The position numbers and the translations under genes were made by a program. Shown one piece after another: positions 12,301-26,270 of a DNA stretch of 64,000 bases (its first letter is position 1; each line of letters begins with the position of its first letter). The DNA lies in NCBI GenBank assembly GCA_964016885.1, contig OZ024754.1, positions 16,492,001 to 16,556,000 of the forward strand, written 5' to 3'. Under the pieces are notes generated by a model, which saw only the letters and a program-made list of their open reading frames with translations, did no database searches and was not told where the DNA came from. Source of the DNA: Eledone cirrhosa (lineage: Eukaryota).

Positions 12301-12420
12301 GCATCTCTACGATTTTTCCTGCTCTTTCTTTCATTGTGCTTACATTGATGGTTCCAACTCGGAGTTTTGGGCATTTGTCAACATTTGTGGGGAAGGGTCA
12401 ATTTTTGCAGGGGTGTGCGT
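9335..12420 (-). mobile_element. Near full-length, inactivated RTE-clade LINE (APE endonuclease + RT + Cys-rich insert + 3' UTR)
   Basis: 11747-12334: CCVQETRW, SAYAPQ, GNFNGHVG, SQIDF. 11010-11249: YKGKGD..NYRGIKL. 10227-10994: QFGF, FVDLEKAFD, GVHQGSILSP, LYADD. 9631-10080: LHGSETW, WYGHV, GRPKKTW. (ATG)n tail. Several stops and frameshifts plus an internal deletion. Confidence 0.95.
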
Positions 12421-13129
12421 GTGCTTCCTGTCTCTGAATTGAAGCTTCACATGGGTGCTTGGTAGCTCGTGGATTCTTATTCATTTTCATTTATTAATTC
12501 AGGCTTGCTCCATTTATTCTCAGCTCATCCATACATAACGGTAGGAAAATTCAGGGTTGTGTCTATCTGTTTTCACCAATTTCATTCGCCTATCCAACTT
12601 GGTAATCTTGTTAGTAAAGGTGGTATTTATATTGAAGTCAAACTCCATCTTGGATTTCTTTTTGTTTTTGTTTTTGGTTTGTTTTTGTTTTTTTATTATT
12701 AGTGGGTCCTGCTGTCAAGTGGTCAAGACATAAATGTATTTAACTGTTGTGTTGGTGTTATCAACTTATATGTCCAATGTGTGAAAAAAATCTGCACATA
12801 GCATACTCAATTTTTAATGAGACACTAATTTTTGTTTTCTCCTCTTATATAACAACGTTTCCCTCTTTTTATATATATGTATATATATTGTTGGTTTAAT
12901 CTATTATCACCTTTTCACTGTTTAAATATATTTTTCAGTTAGTTGTACATCCATCAAAGCTTGTATTTTCCCCTTTGGCATATACAGACTCTTTCAGAGG
13001 GTGGTGGTGGTGGTGAAGACGTTTGATGTGGGGGGTGGCAAGATTAAGAAAGAGAGAGAGAGACATTTGTTTTAGAAGACAACAGTGGCAAGAAGAGGAA
13101 GAATGCCGTATGTGGTGTTTAATATTGAC

Positions 13130-13160
<31 letters not shown>

Positions 13161-13294
13161 TATATATATAAATATATATATATAAATATATATATATAAA
13201 TATATATAAATATATATAAACATATATATATATATATATATATAAATATATATATAAATATATATATAAATATATATATAAATATATATATAAA

Positions 13295-14003
13295 TCATCA
13301 TCATCATCATCATCAACGTTTAACGTCCGTGATCCACGCTTGCATGGGTTTGGACGGGGGTATTCCCACTTGAGGCAAGAGTGATTGTCTTGCTCGCATA
13401 GGACTGTCTGGCAGGTTTTCTACAGTTGGATGCCCTTCCTAACACCAACCACATTTACAGTGTGGGTCTGGGAGGTTTTTACCGTGTTGCCTACACGGCC
13501 ACATTACAGCGTGGACTGTGTTTTTTTTGTCGTGACACCTACACGATCTCATTTGTTTCGGCCTCGATGGCGCGGCACCAACATAACTTTACATAGAACG
13601 GGGTGGTGTGGATGGGGTGGTGGTGGTGGTGGTGGGACGGGGTGTATTTTGTTAGAGATGCATACTGACTGTAGTAGGTTTTACTATATATTTAGGTAAG
13701 GCGGGTCTTCTCTGTTACTGAGTACCGCCAAAGGTCTCGGTCCAGTGACATTGTCTTGGAGAGGTGTAAGTGTGTGATGTCGGAGTTTATCAGCTCGTCC
13801 CAGGTTTTTCTAGGTCTGCCTATTCCGTGACTACCGTCTATCTTTATTGCCCTGCACTTTGTTATACAGCTATCGACTTTCATGCACATCACGTGTCCAT
13901 ACCAACGTAGCCTTCTCTCGAGTAAACAACATCTGATCCCTCTTATCTCTAATTTTTTCCTTAGTTCGTTTATGCTTTGCCGTTCACGTATATTACTGTT
14001 ACA
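13295..14003 (-). mobile_element. 5'-truncated RTE LINE (C-terminus and 3' UTR)
   Basis: ORF 13692-14006 with RLRWYGHV and GRPRKTW, followed by the shared 3' UTR and (ATG)n tail. Confidence 0.9.
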
Positions 14004-14032
14004 CATATATATATAAATATATATATATATAA

Positions 14033-14065
<33 letters not shown>

Positions 14066-14098
14066 AATATATATATAAATATATATATAAATATATAA

Positions 14099-14149
<51 letters not shown>

Positions 14150-14168
14150 AATATATATATAAATAAAT

Positions 14169-14201
<33 letters not shown>

Positions 14202-14202
14202 A

Positions 14203-14233
<31 letters not shown>

Positions 14234-14266
14234 AATATATATATAAATATATATATATATAAATAT

Positions 14267-14594
14267 ACGTAGGTCCCGGGTTGAGTCGGGGATAACCACA
14301 GTAAGTAAGGTACTCAATACATGGCAGAGTAAAATTTTTTTATTTTATAGAAGGAGCTTCTACAGGACTATATAACTATATAATATATATATATATAAAT
14401 ATATATACGTTATTCCAGGTTGAATCGGAGGTAACCACAGTAAGTAAGGTACTCAATACATTGCAGAGTATAAAAGTTTTAATATAGATGAGATTCTACA
14501 GGACTAGAACTGTTTCATTCTTTAGAAATCATCAGGAATCCTGATGATTTCTAAAGAATGAAACAGTTCTAGTCCTGTAGAATCTCATCTATAT
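14267..14594 (-). mobile_element. Fold-back hammerhead-like element, copy 2, plus a partial tandem copy
   Basis: Perfect palindrome at 14482-14594 (56-bp arms, 1-nt centre), each arm carrying CTGATGA-t-ttc[taaa]gaa-t-GAAAC-agttcta-GTC. The tail appears twice, at 14267-14370 and 14407-14500. Confidence 0.8.
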
Positions 14595-14598
14595 AAAT

Positions 14599-14629
<31 letters not shown>

Positions 14630-14646
14630 AATATATATATATAAAT

Positions 14647-14677
<31 letters not shown>

Positions 14678-15128
14678 AATAAATATATATATATATATAT
14701 GTATATGTATATATATATGTATATGTATATATATATATGTATATATATATGTATATGTATATATATATATGTATATATATATGTATATGTATATATATAT
14801 GTATATATATATATGTATATGTATATATATATGTATATGTATATATATATGTATATATATATATATATGTATATGTATATGTATATGTATATATATGTAT
14901 ATGTATATATATATGTATATATATATGTATATATATATGTATATGTATATATATATGTATATATATATATATGTATATGTATATATATATGTATATGTAT
15001 ATATATATGTATATGTATATATATATGTATATGTATATATATGTATATGTATATATATATGTATATGTATATATATATGTATTTGTATATGTATATATAT
15101 ATGTATATGTATATATATATGTATATAT
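14595..15128. repeat. (TA)n/(TATATG)n microsatellite
   Basis: Seen directly. Confidence 0.95.
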
Positions 15129-15261
15129 TCATTAGTTAAGCAAAACAAGACCACAAATTTCACAAGGAAGATATTATTAAAAGATTGTCAACATATTTAG
15201 TTTGATGTAAGGAATGTAGAGAATAATAATAATAATAATATTAATAATAATAATAATAATG

Positions 15262-18090
15262 TCCGTTTACAATTGTTTCGCTACTCCGTATAATATTTCT
15301 GGATCAGATGACTATATATCATAATTGATCTGGTTCAGTTGAAAATAATTATCATATTTAAAAAAACAGAGTGGCTCATCGGAACTCAGAGGAATATAAA
15401 TTAAAATAATGGGATAATGTTACATAATATAATGTTCCATATATTGGTTTTTACTATGGTGTCTTGGTTGCATCAGCTGTCAGCCATAGTCAAGCAGTAT
15501 TCATCTGTCGAGGCTGCATTGTGTAAGATCTGCCTATGGGTAACAAGATGGCTGCCAAAGGGCATATTTACCTTACTAATTAGAGGGTGGTTTCAGGGGA
15601 AGTAACTTCTCGAGAGATTAGAAATTGTGGGTGTTTATAGTTAAGTGCTAATTTTAAAATTTTTTTAATTGAGAGACAATGTAGGGGAGGTAACTTATAA
15701 TTATCGAGTTGTTCATAGCAATTTAACTTATTAGCTATAAGTAAAAATGGGGCTACATGACTAAGTTGGGTCAAAAATTCTATTGGCAAAGGAATTAGCC
15801 CTTCGATGTTGACAGCTAATGGTTACCTCCGTTCTATCGTTAATCAGTAGAGGTTGTGATAGAGTTATGTAATATGTTTCCGTAATACAGAGATCACGAG
15901 ATTTTCTTTGTCCATTGAACGGTTGGGCCCTAGCTACGATATCCCATTTTAGTGAGTGTTGAACGTTGTTTAATTTAAGGTTTTTAATGAGCCTAGCTAG
16001 CGATGTCGAACATCTGTTGCTAGGGTCTCAGAAGGAAAAAGAGTGCGCGTTATAGCGTACCTTAAAAGGGTTAGAGGTAGACCCGATATAAGAGCTGGTA
16101 TTCGAAGCAGTCTCAACCGTGCACCTATAGACTATGTTGGGTGTCAGGCAGTGTCCATTTAATGGGCATGCATTGGGGTACCGGGGAGTTGCAGTTGCTT
16201 CTGCAGTTAGTGAGAGTAGGGTTGTTTAACCTAAGCAGTTGGTCCGTACTAGAAGGATTAGATGGGGGAGGTGTGCTACTAGAGTAATTATTGGTGTAGT
16301 GGCGTGGTGTATTTGATAGGAGTGGTGGTACCGCGGTGTGGGAGTTATACTGTCTTAGCTTATGATGGTTACTGAACGCGATGTGGCTAGCTAGGTTAGG
16401 TGTTGTTGAGAATGAGATTTTAATGTTATTTTTATTAAAGAGTTTGTAATATCTATGGTTGGGGGGAAGTGTTTGGATAGGATAGAGAAGAAGCGTTTGA
16501 GGATATTAGTGGCTAGATTAGATGAGAATGGGGGGTTGAGCCAGGTGATATTTCTAGGTCTATTCCTTCTAGGGGTTCTAGTGGAGTTGGTAGGGGCCTT
16601 CCTAGGGTTATTATTACCTGGGGATTTGTTATTTGTCATCCCATTTCTCATTCCTATTCTAGGGTTGATTTTTAGTTTGCTACTTGGAGTGGGGAGCAGG
16701 CCGCTGCCACCATTAAAGTTCCCTGTATAGGTGCTGTTACTGCTAAAATTCCGGCGAATCTGGCTATATGCTAAGGTATTTCTAGTTCTAGTGTTAAGTT
16801 TATTATGGTGAATTGCTGTGTTATGGCATTTAGGTATGTAATAAATTGATTGTTTATAACCAGATTCAGAGAGAGCCTTATTATAATATTGTGCGTGGTT
16901 TATAAATAACTCCTCATTTGCTGATAGCATTGAGATCCTATAGGAGATAGATTTGATTACTGCTCTGATGACTGCTGGTGGGTGGTTAGAGTGTGGGCTA
17001 ATATATGTGAGTATTTCACCTGGTTTATGGTAAGGGTTATAAAGGTTATTGTTGAGATCCAGGGTGACGTCTAGGAAGTTTACTACTTTATGGTTCGGCT
17101 CGATGGTGATAGAGAGACCATTATTTTTGAAGAATCTATGTAATTGTTTCTTTAGTAAATCGATTCCCCGATTAGTGCAATTGCGGACCGCAAATAGGGC
17201 GTCGTCCCTGTATATTCCGCCTTGCATGGGTTGGCTTTCGGCTCTGATGTTATGTAATAGGTAAATCCCAACTAAATCGGTGATTTAGTCACTTGAGCCC
17301 ATCGTAATGTCAAAGTTGTCTGTTCTATCTTTTCTAGTCCAGAGTGCTCTGTTGAATTTAATGATAGTCTGCCTAGCCATAAGTATGATGTTAATCTCAT
17401 TATTGGTTATGTCCGAGTTGGTGGTGGCTAGGGCTAATGCTTTGTTGAGCAGTTCCGGGGTTATTGACGCGTAATAGCTGTCTATGTCAAATTGGATGAA
17501 CCTCATAGATTGCTTGGACCTTAGATCGGAGAACAATCTGATGACTTGGCCGGTGTTGGACCACAACTTGTAGGTGGTATCATCCTGTAGCCCAGGGATT
17601 ATCCTATCAAGGATGTTCTTACTGATGCTGCCCAGGTCAGATGTGGTTGGGCTTATGAGTCTAATGGATGGGTTCTCTATAAAGTTTGGCTTGTGGTCCT
17701 TGAGAGAGAACCTTGGAGTTGTTGGTACATAAGGGTGGGTAAATCTATCCAGATGCAAGTCCTTAACCAAAGCCTGGGCTTTTCGGTTAAGTACGTTTAC
17801 ACTGGAGGGTATAGTTTTTTTTATAGTTTTTATTGAGTTCTTTAAGAAGGAAAGAGTTGTAAGTTTCAGGAGTCATGGTGTATAGATTTTTAGTTTTGTC
17901 AGACATAACATGTAAGAGGTGGCTATCCTTAAATTTTTTCATAGTTGTTGCTAATTTAGTGAGGAAGTTATTCTTGTGTCTATAATGCTTTTTGAATTTA
18001 ATGCTCCTGACGAAGTTGAATAGATCTTTCTCAAAAGGGTCCAGCAGGATATTGTGTGTGGGGGTTCTTGCAGGTGGTAAATCAATATCT
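15262..18090 (-). mobile_element. Nearly complete, decayed Penelope-like element (RT + GIY-YIG + 3' hammerhead)
   Basis: RT: LKDHKPNF, FIQFDIDSYY, FDITMGS, GIYRDD, VNFLDVTLDL, SNHPP, ITWLNPPFS. GIY-YIG at ~16170-15800: CPLNGHCLTPNIVYRCTV...SYIGST..FKVRYNAH...LCITETYYI...LINDRTE. Stops and frameshifts present. Confidence 0.92.
15265..15386 (-). ncRNA. Hammerhead ribozyme motif at the 3' end of the Penelope element (U4C variant)
   Basis: gtt-CCGATGA-gccactctgt...acggagtagc-GAAA-C-AATT-G-TA-aac: 3-bp stem I, 9/10-bp stem II, palindromic loop III, GUA triplet. Confidence 0.7.
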
Positions 18091-18195
18091 AAATATATAT
18101 GTATATATATATGTATATATATATATGTATATATATATGTATATATATGTATACCCTTGCAAGCAGGGAAAAGCGGACGTAAAATGATGATGATG

Positions 18196-18229
<34 letters not shown>

Positions 18230-18267
18230 GTATATATGTATATATATATATATATATGTATATATAT

Positions 18268-18605
18268 GGAGGCACATGGCTTAGTGGTTAGAGCATTGGC
18301 CTTGCAATCGAAAGGTTGTGAGTTCAATTCTCAGACCGGGTGATGTGTTGTTTCCTTGAGCAAGACACTTTATTTCACATTGCTCCAGTTTACTCAGCTG
18401 TAGAAATGAGATGATAGGGACTGGGGTCCATATCATTCCACTGCAAAGTGGACGTGTAGGTGCCACGGCAAAAAAGCACCCAGCACTCACTGTAAATGAG
18501 GTTGGTGTTAGGAAGGGCATCCAGCTGTAGAAATCAAGCCAGAATCAGTTCCCGTCCCACCCTTGCAAGCAGGGAAAGGTGGACGTAAAATGAAATGATG
18601 ATGAA
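18268..18605 (+). mobile_element. tRNA-derived SINE family A with RTE tail
   Basis: Near-identical to 8199-8545; A and B boxes intact. Confidence 0.9.
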
Positions 18606-18644
18606 AATGATATATATATATGTATGTATATATGTATATATATA

Positions 18645-18756
18645 TATCATCATCATCATCATTCGTCGACTACTGTCGAGATGATGGATCTCACTTTCAT
18701 GCCCCAGAATTCCCTGTCCCCCATCGTCGCCCCCAGGTCCTGTCTACTGATTCCCG
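18645..18756 (-). mobile_element. Very short LINE 3' end (RTE/RTEX-like) with (ATG)n tail
   Basis: Minus strand reads ...[20 protein letters not shown] straight into (TGA)n. Embedded in (TA)n. Confidence 0.45.
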
Positions 18757-18922
18757 TATATGTATATATATATATATATGTATATATATATGTATATATA
18801 TGTATACTTATATGTATATATATATATATGTATATATATATGTATATATATGTATATATATATGTATATATATGTATATATATATATGTATATATATATA
18901 TGTATATATATATATATGTATG

Positions 18923-18953
<31 letters not shown>

Positions 18954-18954
18954 G

Positions 18955-20107
<1,153 letters not shown>

Positions 20108-20292
20108 TTAATACAATAACAGAGATAGTTTAAAGCTAAACTCTGACTGGTAACCATCTCACTCAACAAACATTAGGTTATATTAAAATATAAACCCAAT
20201 TTAAGTGTTTGGGGTGCTAACCATCTGTATAATGTGGAAAAACCAGTTGTATTATTTTATGAGATATAATTAATGTTAAAGTATATCTCTCT

Positions 20293-20418
20293 TTCCAAAC
20301 AATTGTTTCATTATAAGTTTTCTACAAGTTTGGGAGAATGTTTCCAGTTTATGTAGAAGCCTAATATATAATCATGTAAGAATATATTTAGGTGGGCACT
20401 TATAAATCATCAGTGGAA
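20293..20418 (-). ncRNA. Complete type I hammerhead ribozyme motif in an ORF-less 400-bp island (20107-20503), probable solo Penelope terminal repeat
   Basis: ttcca-CTGATGA-t-ttataagt...acttataa-t-GAAA-C-AATT-G-TT-tggaa: 5-bp stem I, 8-bp stem II, palindromic loop III, intact core. Confidence 0.8.
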
Positions 20419-20583
20419 GCCCATTAAACATTGATATAAGAAAACAATTTCTTACCGCTGTCAAAAATCCTGTCCGTAAAGTTGCTCTCTCTCACCTCGA
20501 ATGAATATAAATAGACATATATATATAAATAGACATATATATATATATAAATAGACATATATATATATATATAAATAGACATA

Positions 20584-20639
<56 letters not shown>

Positions 20640-20666
20640 CATATATATATATATATATACATAATG

Positions 20667-20702
<36 letters not shown>

Positions 20703-20723
20703 TATACATATATATAAATAGAC

Positions 20724-20776
<53 letters not shown>

Positions 20777-20853
20777 CATATATACATATATATATATATA
20801 TATATAAATAGACATATATACACACATATATATATATATAAATAGACATATAT

Positions 20854-20884
<31 letters not shown>

Positions 20885-21044
20885 AATAGACATATATATA
20901 TATATATATTGTCTTATCTTAATGGGGTTGATGTGGCTTCAGGGAGAGAGAGTGAAAGAAAGGTTAGGAGATTTATGATCTAGTGACCAGTTGGTTAGTT
21001 GACAGCTAATAACAGTGTGGTGGTGTCTATTCCATACATTAAAA

Positions 21045-22378
21045 TCCAGATGATCTAACTCTCATAGCAGAATCTATGGCTGAACTACAGAAGAAATTCC
21101 AAACATGGAAGCATGGCCTATAATCAAAAGGCCTTAAAGTTAACTTGTCTAAGACTGAAGTTCTAGTATGTAGAAAGGAGAATAGGGCACAGGTACCCTC
21201 TGGGAAATGGCCATGCTCAGTGTGTAGGAAAGGAGTAGGTAGAAATTCTATTCTATGTCCCCAATGCAAACTATGGGTACATAAAAGATGTAGTGGGATC
21301 ACAGGCAAGCTATCGAAGAACATACATTTTATATGTGGCCGATGCTCAGGTACAATAAGTAGCAAGTGGCCACAGGACACTAGCTCCTTCCATTGCCCAG
21401 ATGGTTCTATAGAAATAGTGGACAGCTTCCGTTACCTGGGTGACAAAATCAGCAGTGGTGGAGGGTGCTCTTAAAGTACAGTAGTCAGAGTTAGAACGGG
21501 ATGGAAAAAGTTCAGAGAGCTTATACCACTGTTGGCCACAAAAGGTTTCTCTCTAAAAATGAAAGGCAGATTATATGATGCCTGTATATGAATAGCAATG
21601 CTACATGGCAGTGAGACATGGGCATTGTGTGCAGAGGACCTGCACAGACTTGAAAGGAACAAAGCATGCATGCTCCGTTGGATGTGTAATAGTAATATAC
21701 GCGAACGGCAAAACATAAATGAACTAAGTGAGAAATTAGGAATAAGAGGGCTCAGATGCTATTTACTTGAGAGAAGATTATGTTGGTATGGTCACGTGAT
21801 GCGCATGAAAGACAACAGCTGTATAAAAAATTGATGGAAGTTACGGAGTAGGTAGACCCAGAAAAACCTGGGATGATATGATAAATTCTCACCTTACACA
21901 CTTGCACCTCTCTAAGACAGTGTCAGTGGATCGAAATTTCTGGTGCCACACAGTAATACAGAAAACCCGCCTTGCCTACGTGCAATTTAACCTACAGTCA
22001 GTAGGCCCCCTCCAAATCAAACATACACCCCAACCCACTACTCCTACTCCATCCTCCTACTCCCACCAACACCACCCTTTCTGTATAAAGTTATGTTGGT
22101 ACCACAACATCCAATCCAAACTAATGAGGTCATGTAGGTGTCACGACAAAAAAACACACAGTCCACACTGTAATGTGGCCGTGTAGGTAAACACGGTAAA
22201 CAGCTCCCAGTACACACTGTAAATATGGTTGGTGTTAGGAAGGGCATCCAGCCATAGAAAACCTGCCAGATAATCCTATATGAGCGAGACATGGTCACCT
22301 GACCGATCTTGCTTCAAGTGGGACAATTTCCATCCAACCCATCGTAGAGTGAAAGATAGACATTAAACGATGATGATG

Positions 22379-22380
<2 letters not shown>
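21045..22380 (+). mobile_element. 5'-truncated RTE LINE (end of RT to 3' tail)
   Basis: DDL.LIAES, GKWPCSVC, FRYLG, LHGSETW, WYGHV; 3' UTR and (GAT)n tail; stops present. Confidence 0.92.
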
Positions 22381-22422
<42 letters not shown>

Positions 22423-22424
<2 letters not shown>

Positions 22425-22787
22425 AAGGCGGGTAAAATTCCCGAGATCCATGGACGAGTTCTCTCCAGCGGTCTCTGTCCCTCATTATCGCTGCCATGTC
22501 CTGCATCTCCAACAGACCAGTGTCTGTCCTTAGGGCATCAACATACGTTAACCTTGGTCTTCCTCTTCTAGTGTGTCCATGTAGGGGCTCCCAAAGGAGT
22601 ACTGAGTGCAATGTCAACTCTGGATGTCGGTGAGCATGTCCAGCTAACCTCAGTCTCCTCTGTGTCACTTTTGAGCTGACTTTTGGGATGCTCCCATACA
22701 GCTCTGAGTTTTTCATCCTCAGTGTATACTGATTAATGTTCAGAGCCATCCTCAGCATTCTCGTGTAGCACCCATCCACCATCTGAG
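22423..22787 (-). mobile_element. 5'-truncated RTEX-like LINE 3' end inside (TA)n
   Basis: Uninterrupted DGCYTRMLRMALN...RRLRLAGHAHRH...LLWEP.HG..RRGRP...DRDRWR, flanked on both sides by (TA)n. Confidence 0.85.
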
Positions 22788-22865
<78 letters not shown>

Positions 22866-23303
22866 GTGGATGTGAGTAAAATCAAAGTTACAGCGTTCAG
22901 CCAGCATCCACGAAAAGACAATGTTCGGACGCACTCAATAAGAAGATATCGATGAGTTACATCTCAGAGTAATAAACATACGTTAAAAGGCGTGACAAAT
23001 TGAAAACTTTGGTTAAGGGGACAATGCCACAGAAGCCACCACAACAATATGTATATTTTTAACTGTTGGTCAATCAATGATAAACATTGACTGCCAGCTA
23101 GATTAACTATAGGGGTATAAAATATATGGGAGCGACAATCAACCCAAACCAAACTGAGTATGTTTTATTATATATTTCTGGCAATATTATAACAATATGA
23201 CCCTCACTAAATATAACAATATCTCTTTAGATATATTCTGAAAAACTATTGAAAGATGGAGATGTGGTTACATAGTATGTTGTTTGTTTTATATCAGCAT
23301 GTG

Positions 23304-23612
23304 AAGGCACATGGCTTAGTGGTTAGAGCGTCGGGCTAACAATCGTGAGTTTGTGAGTTTGATTCTCAGACTGGGTTTCCATTGTGTTCCTGAGCAAGAC
23401 ACTTTATTTCATATTGCTCCAGTTCACTCAGCTGTCAAGCTGTATCGGCCATTGGCTTTCCCTTGGACAACATCGATGGCATGGTGAGGGGAGACTGGTA
23501 TGCATGGGTGACTGCTGGTCTTCCACAAACAACCTTGCCCAGACTTGTGCTTCAGAGGGGAACTTCCTAGGCACAAATCCCTTGGTCATTCGTGATCGAA
23601 GGGGGTCTTTAC
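23304..23612 (+). mobile_element. tRNA-derived SINE (family A head and core, third tail type)
   Basis: tggcttagtggttagagc A box, degenerate B box, core tgagcaagacactttatttcatattgctccag. Confidence 0.8.
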
Positions 23613-24109
23613 TCTTTTTTTTTATCAGCATGCAGTAAAAGCTAATACAGTTTTGTGGAGATACCCGGCAGTGTTTATGCTTTACTGAATTATTTCCCTT
23701 TACAGCATTGTTAAACGTTACTTTCTTAGTCATTTATTTATTTTGTATTTTACAGAAACATAGTTGAAACATAGTTTATAAATAGTCTATAAAAAGAAAT
23801 ATTTAACATTTTCTCTTTTGTGTTATGCTTAATAAACAACATTTTTCTTCCATGATTTTCCTTATATCCTGTTTCTGTCTTCTTTCATAAATATTCTATT
23901 TTTTACTTGAATAAATATAGAAACTATTCAATAGATTCTCCTCACCCACCCCATCTAAACTATAATTTGTAGCTCTGGCCTATTTGTTGAAAATTCAAAG
24001 GGAATCATTAAAAAAGAAAAGTCATGTTTCCTATTTTTCTTAATAAAATGTACAATATATGTTTATTCATAAAATTCCTCCACCTACCTTTATTTTACAA
24101 TTCATTTAG

Positions 24110-24385
24110 CAGCTGTTAGAGCGTAGGAGAAAGTCTCTTTCGGTATTTCTTATGGTTCTCTGCACTCCAAATTCAAATACCATCGAGGCTAACTTTGCCT
24201 TTCGTTCTTCCAGGTTTGATAAAATAACGTACTTGTCCAAGGTGGAATTGTTAATGTCAGACAAAATGGCTTGCAGTGTTTGTTCCAGTTTGCTGTGCAT
24301 TAAGTTCAAATCCCACTGAGGTTAACTTTCCTTTTCATCCTTTTCAGGTCGATAAAAAAAAGTACCAGTCAAGTACTGGGGTCGA
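24110..24385 (+). mobile_element. Two degenerate SINE family B remnants in tandem
   Basis: aattcaaatac...ctttgcctttcgttc and aagttcaaatccc...cttttcatccttttcaggtcgataaaaaaagtaccag. Confidence 0.65.
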
Positions 24386-25215
24386 TTCTTCCTCTATATC
24401 TCTTTTTCACTTCCTCTCTTCCACACTCTCTCACTTCTCTATATCTTTTTCTCACTTTCTCTCTCTCTATATATATATCTTTCTCTCTCTCTCTCTTCCT
24501 CTATCACTCTCTCTCACTTCCTCTATATCTCTTTCTCACATCCTTTCTATCACTTTCTTCTCCTCTGGAAGAAATCAACTATTGCTTTATCTCTGAGAGT
24601 AGCTTACCACTGTTTGGTCCAGGGCTGCTTATTTGTCCAGTGGGAGCCTTCTTATATTGCAACTAATCATCATATTTGATGGCAGTCGTATCACTATCTG
24701 TCATTTGTGACTTAGTTTCCATTGAAAGATACTTCAATTTTTGTTACATACCATAATATCAATTGAATTTCACAATTCCAGTAGACAAGGATTTTATCAG
24801 ATAAAGAAAGAGATAGAGACCAAAAACCAAAAGTGCTCTTTAAATGTCAAAATGTCTGGTTGTTAATAAGATGATAATTTCCCAGACTGCCAATCTCATC
24901 TTTAGATTATATATTTACCATAGTAGCCTATATGCAGTGTGTTTTTTCCATTAGAAATATGTTAATAGAAACCTTATGTGGACTTCAGTGTGATATGTGT
25001 TTTGTTTACATTGGACTCGCAGTATTTTACAATAACCTTACTATTATAAAGTAAGTGTAGTGAAAGACTGAAGGCTACAGTGTTGACATCAATTGGAGAC
25101 AATATAAGGCTTGAAATAACTCTTGTGTTGGTACCATGATAAAGTGTTACCAGTACATTCTGTAAAGTGGTAGTGTCAGTGGCTTGTAAAAACACACTCA
25201 CTACACTGTTAGTGG

Positions 25216-25440
25216 TTACCCTTTAGCATTTAAACCGGCCTTATCCAGCCAGAATCCTCTCACCTCTTTCTGTTTAAACCGGCCATAACTGGCTGCTCAC
25301 ACTGACATTAAGGTATTGTTCTGAAAATAAATAATATCAAAATCTCATAGATTCGATATTATGTGAGATAATTATGTGAAATAAAGTATTTACCATGAAA
25401 ATATAGTAAATGTAGAGTAATGTAAATGGTAAAGGGTTAA
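25216..25440 (+). mobile_element. ~220-bp piggyBac-like MITE
   Basis: Termini ccctttagcattta and taaatggtaaaggg-ttaa; homologous to 45958, 50625 and 51418. Confidence 0.8.
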
Positions 25441-25999
25441 AGAAGAATTAGGAGAAAGAAAGAGGAGGACTATTACTACAACTATAACAAAAATATTTTT
25501 CAACTATCTACTCACCCTTTTAGTGGACAAAAAATGAAAATGAGAGACTTGTGCCTAGAAAATCAAGTATTATTAAATATTAAGAGTCTTAATGTGAGCA
25601 TAGAAAAATGGATGTAAAAATGATGATGATGATTCAGAGTCTGGATTTATGTTAAGAACTCAGCCTATCTAGAGGGTTGTTTCATAACCTGTATATCTAA
25701 AAGAAACAATATTCCAGACTATAGACTTTGGTTTAGTTTTGTTGATGGTTAAGAAATTCCTGAGACTTAAAATCATTTTACAATGCCGAAAAATGTTAAT
25801 GCTCCAAATTAAAATATTTCCAGAGTAATGTTAAGAAGAAAACTAATTCAAATGTATGTAAGGTCTCATTGAACAAATAAGATTTTATTTACTCTGCTAC
25901 ACAGAGTTGTACAATAGTGAATTGTCCAAGATTAGAAGTTAATAAATTATATAAATACTGATTTTCTAAAAATACTTGAATCTAGGCAATCATAAAATG

Positions 26000-26270
26000 T
26001 CTAAAGTCTATCTCAAGCCCGGATGCCCATCAGGTAGGAGCTGATCTCAGTTTCTGTGGTGTGAAGTGACTGAGAGTAAAGACTCACCTCTGGATAGGAT
26101 GCCAGTCCATCACAGGGTTAAACCCACAGCTATTGATGGTACTCATTTCCAGCTGAGTATACTGGAGCAATGTGAAATGAAGTGTTTTGCTCAAGAACAC
26201 AATACATGACTCAGTTCAGGAATCAAACCCACAACATTATGATCATAAATCCAATACCTTTACCACTATC
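26000..26270 (-). mobile_element. Degenerate tRNA-derived SINE (family A core, fourth tail type)
   Basis: Reverse complement of the core (ctggagcaatgtgaaatgaagtgttttgctcaagaacac) and a B-box-like ggaatcaaaccc. Confidence 0.65.

Noticed and set aside
22948-22990. cgatga-gttac...gtaat-aaac hammerhead candidate
   Set aside because: Both core segments are mutated; indistinguishable from chance.
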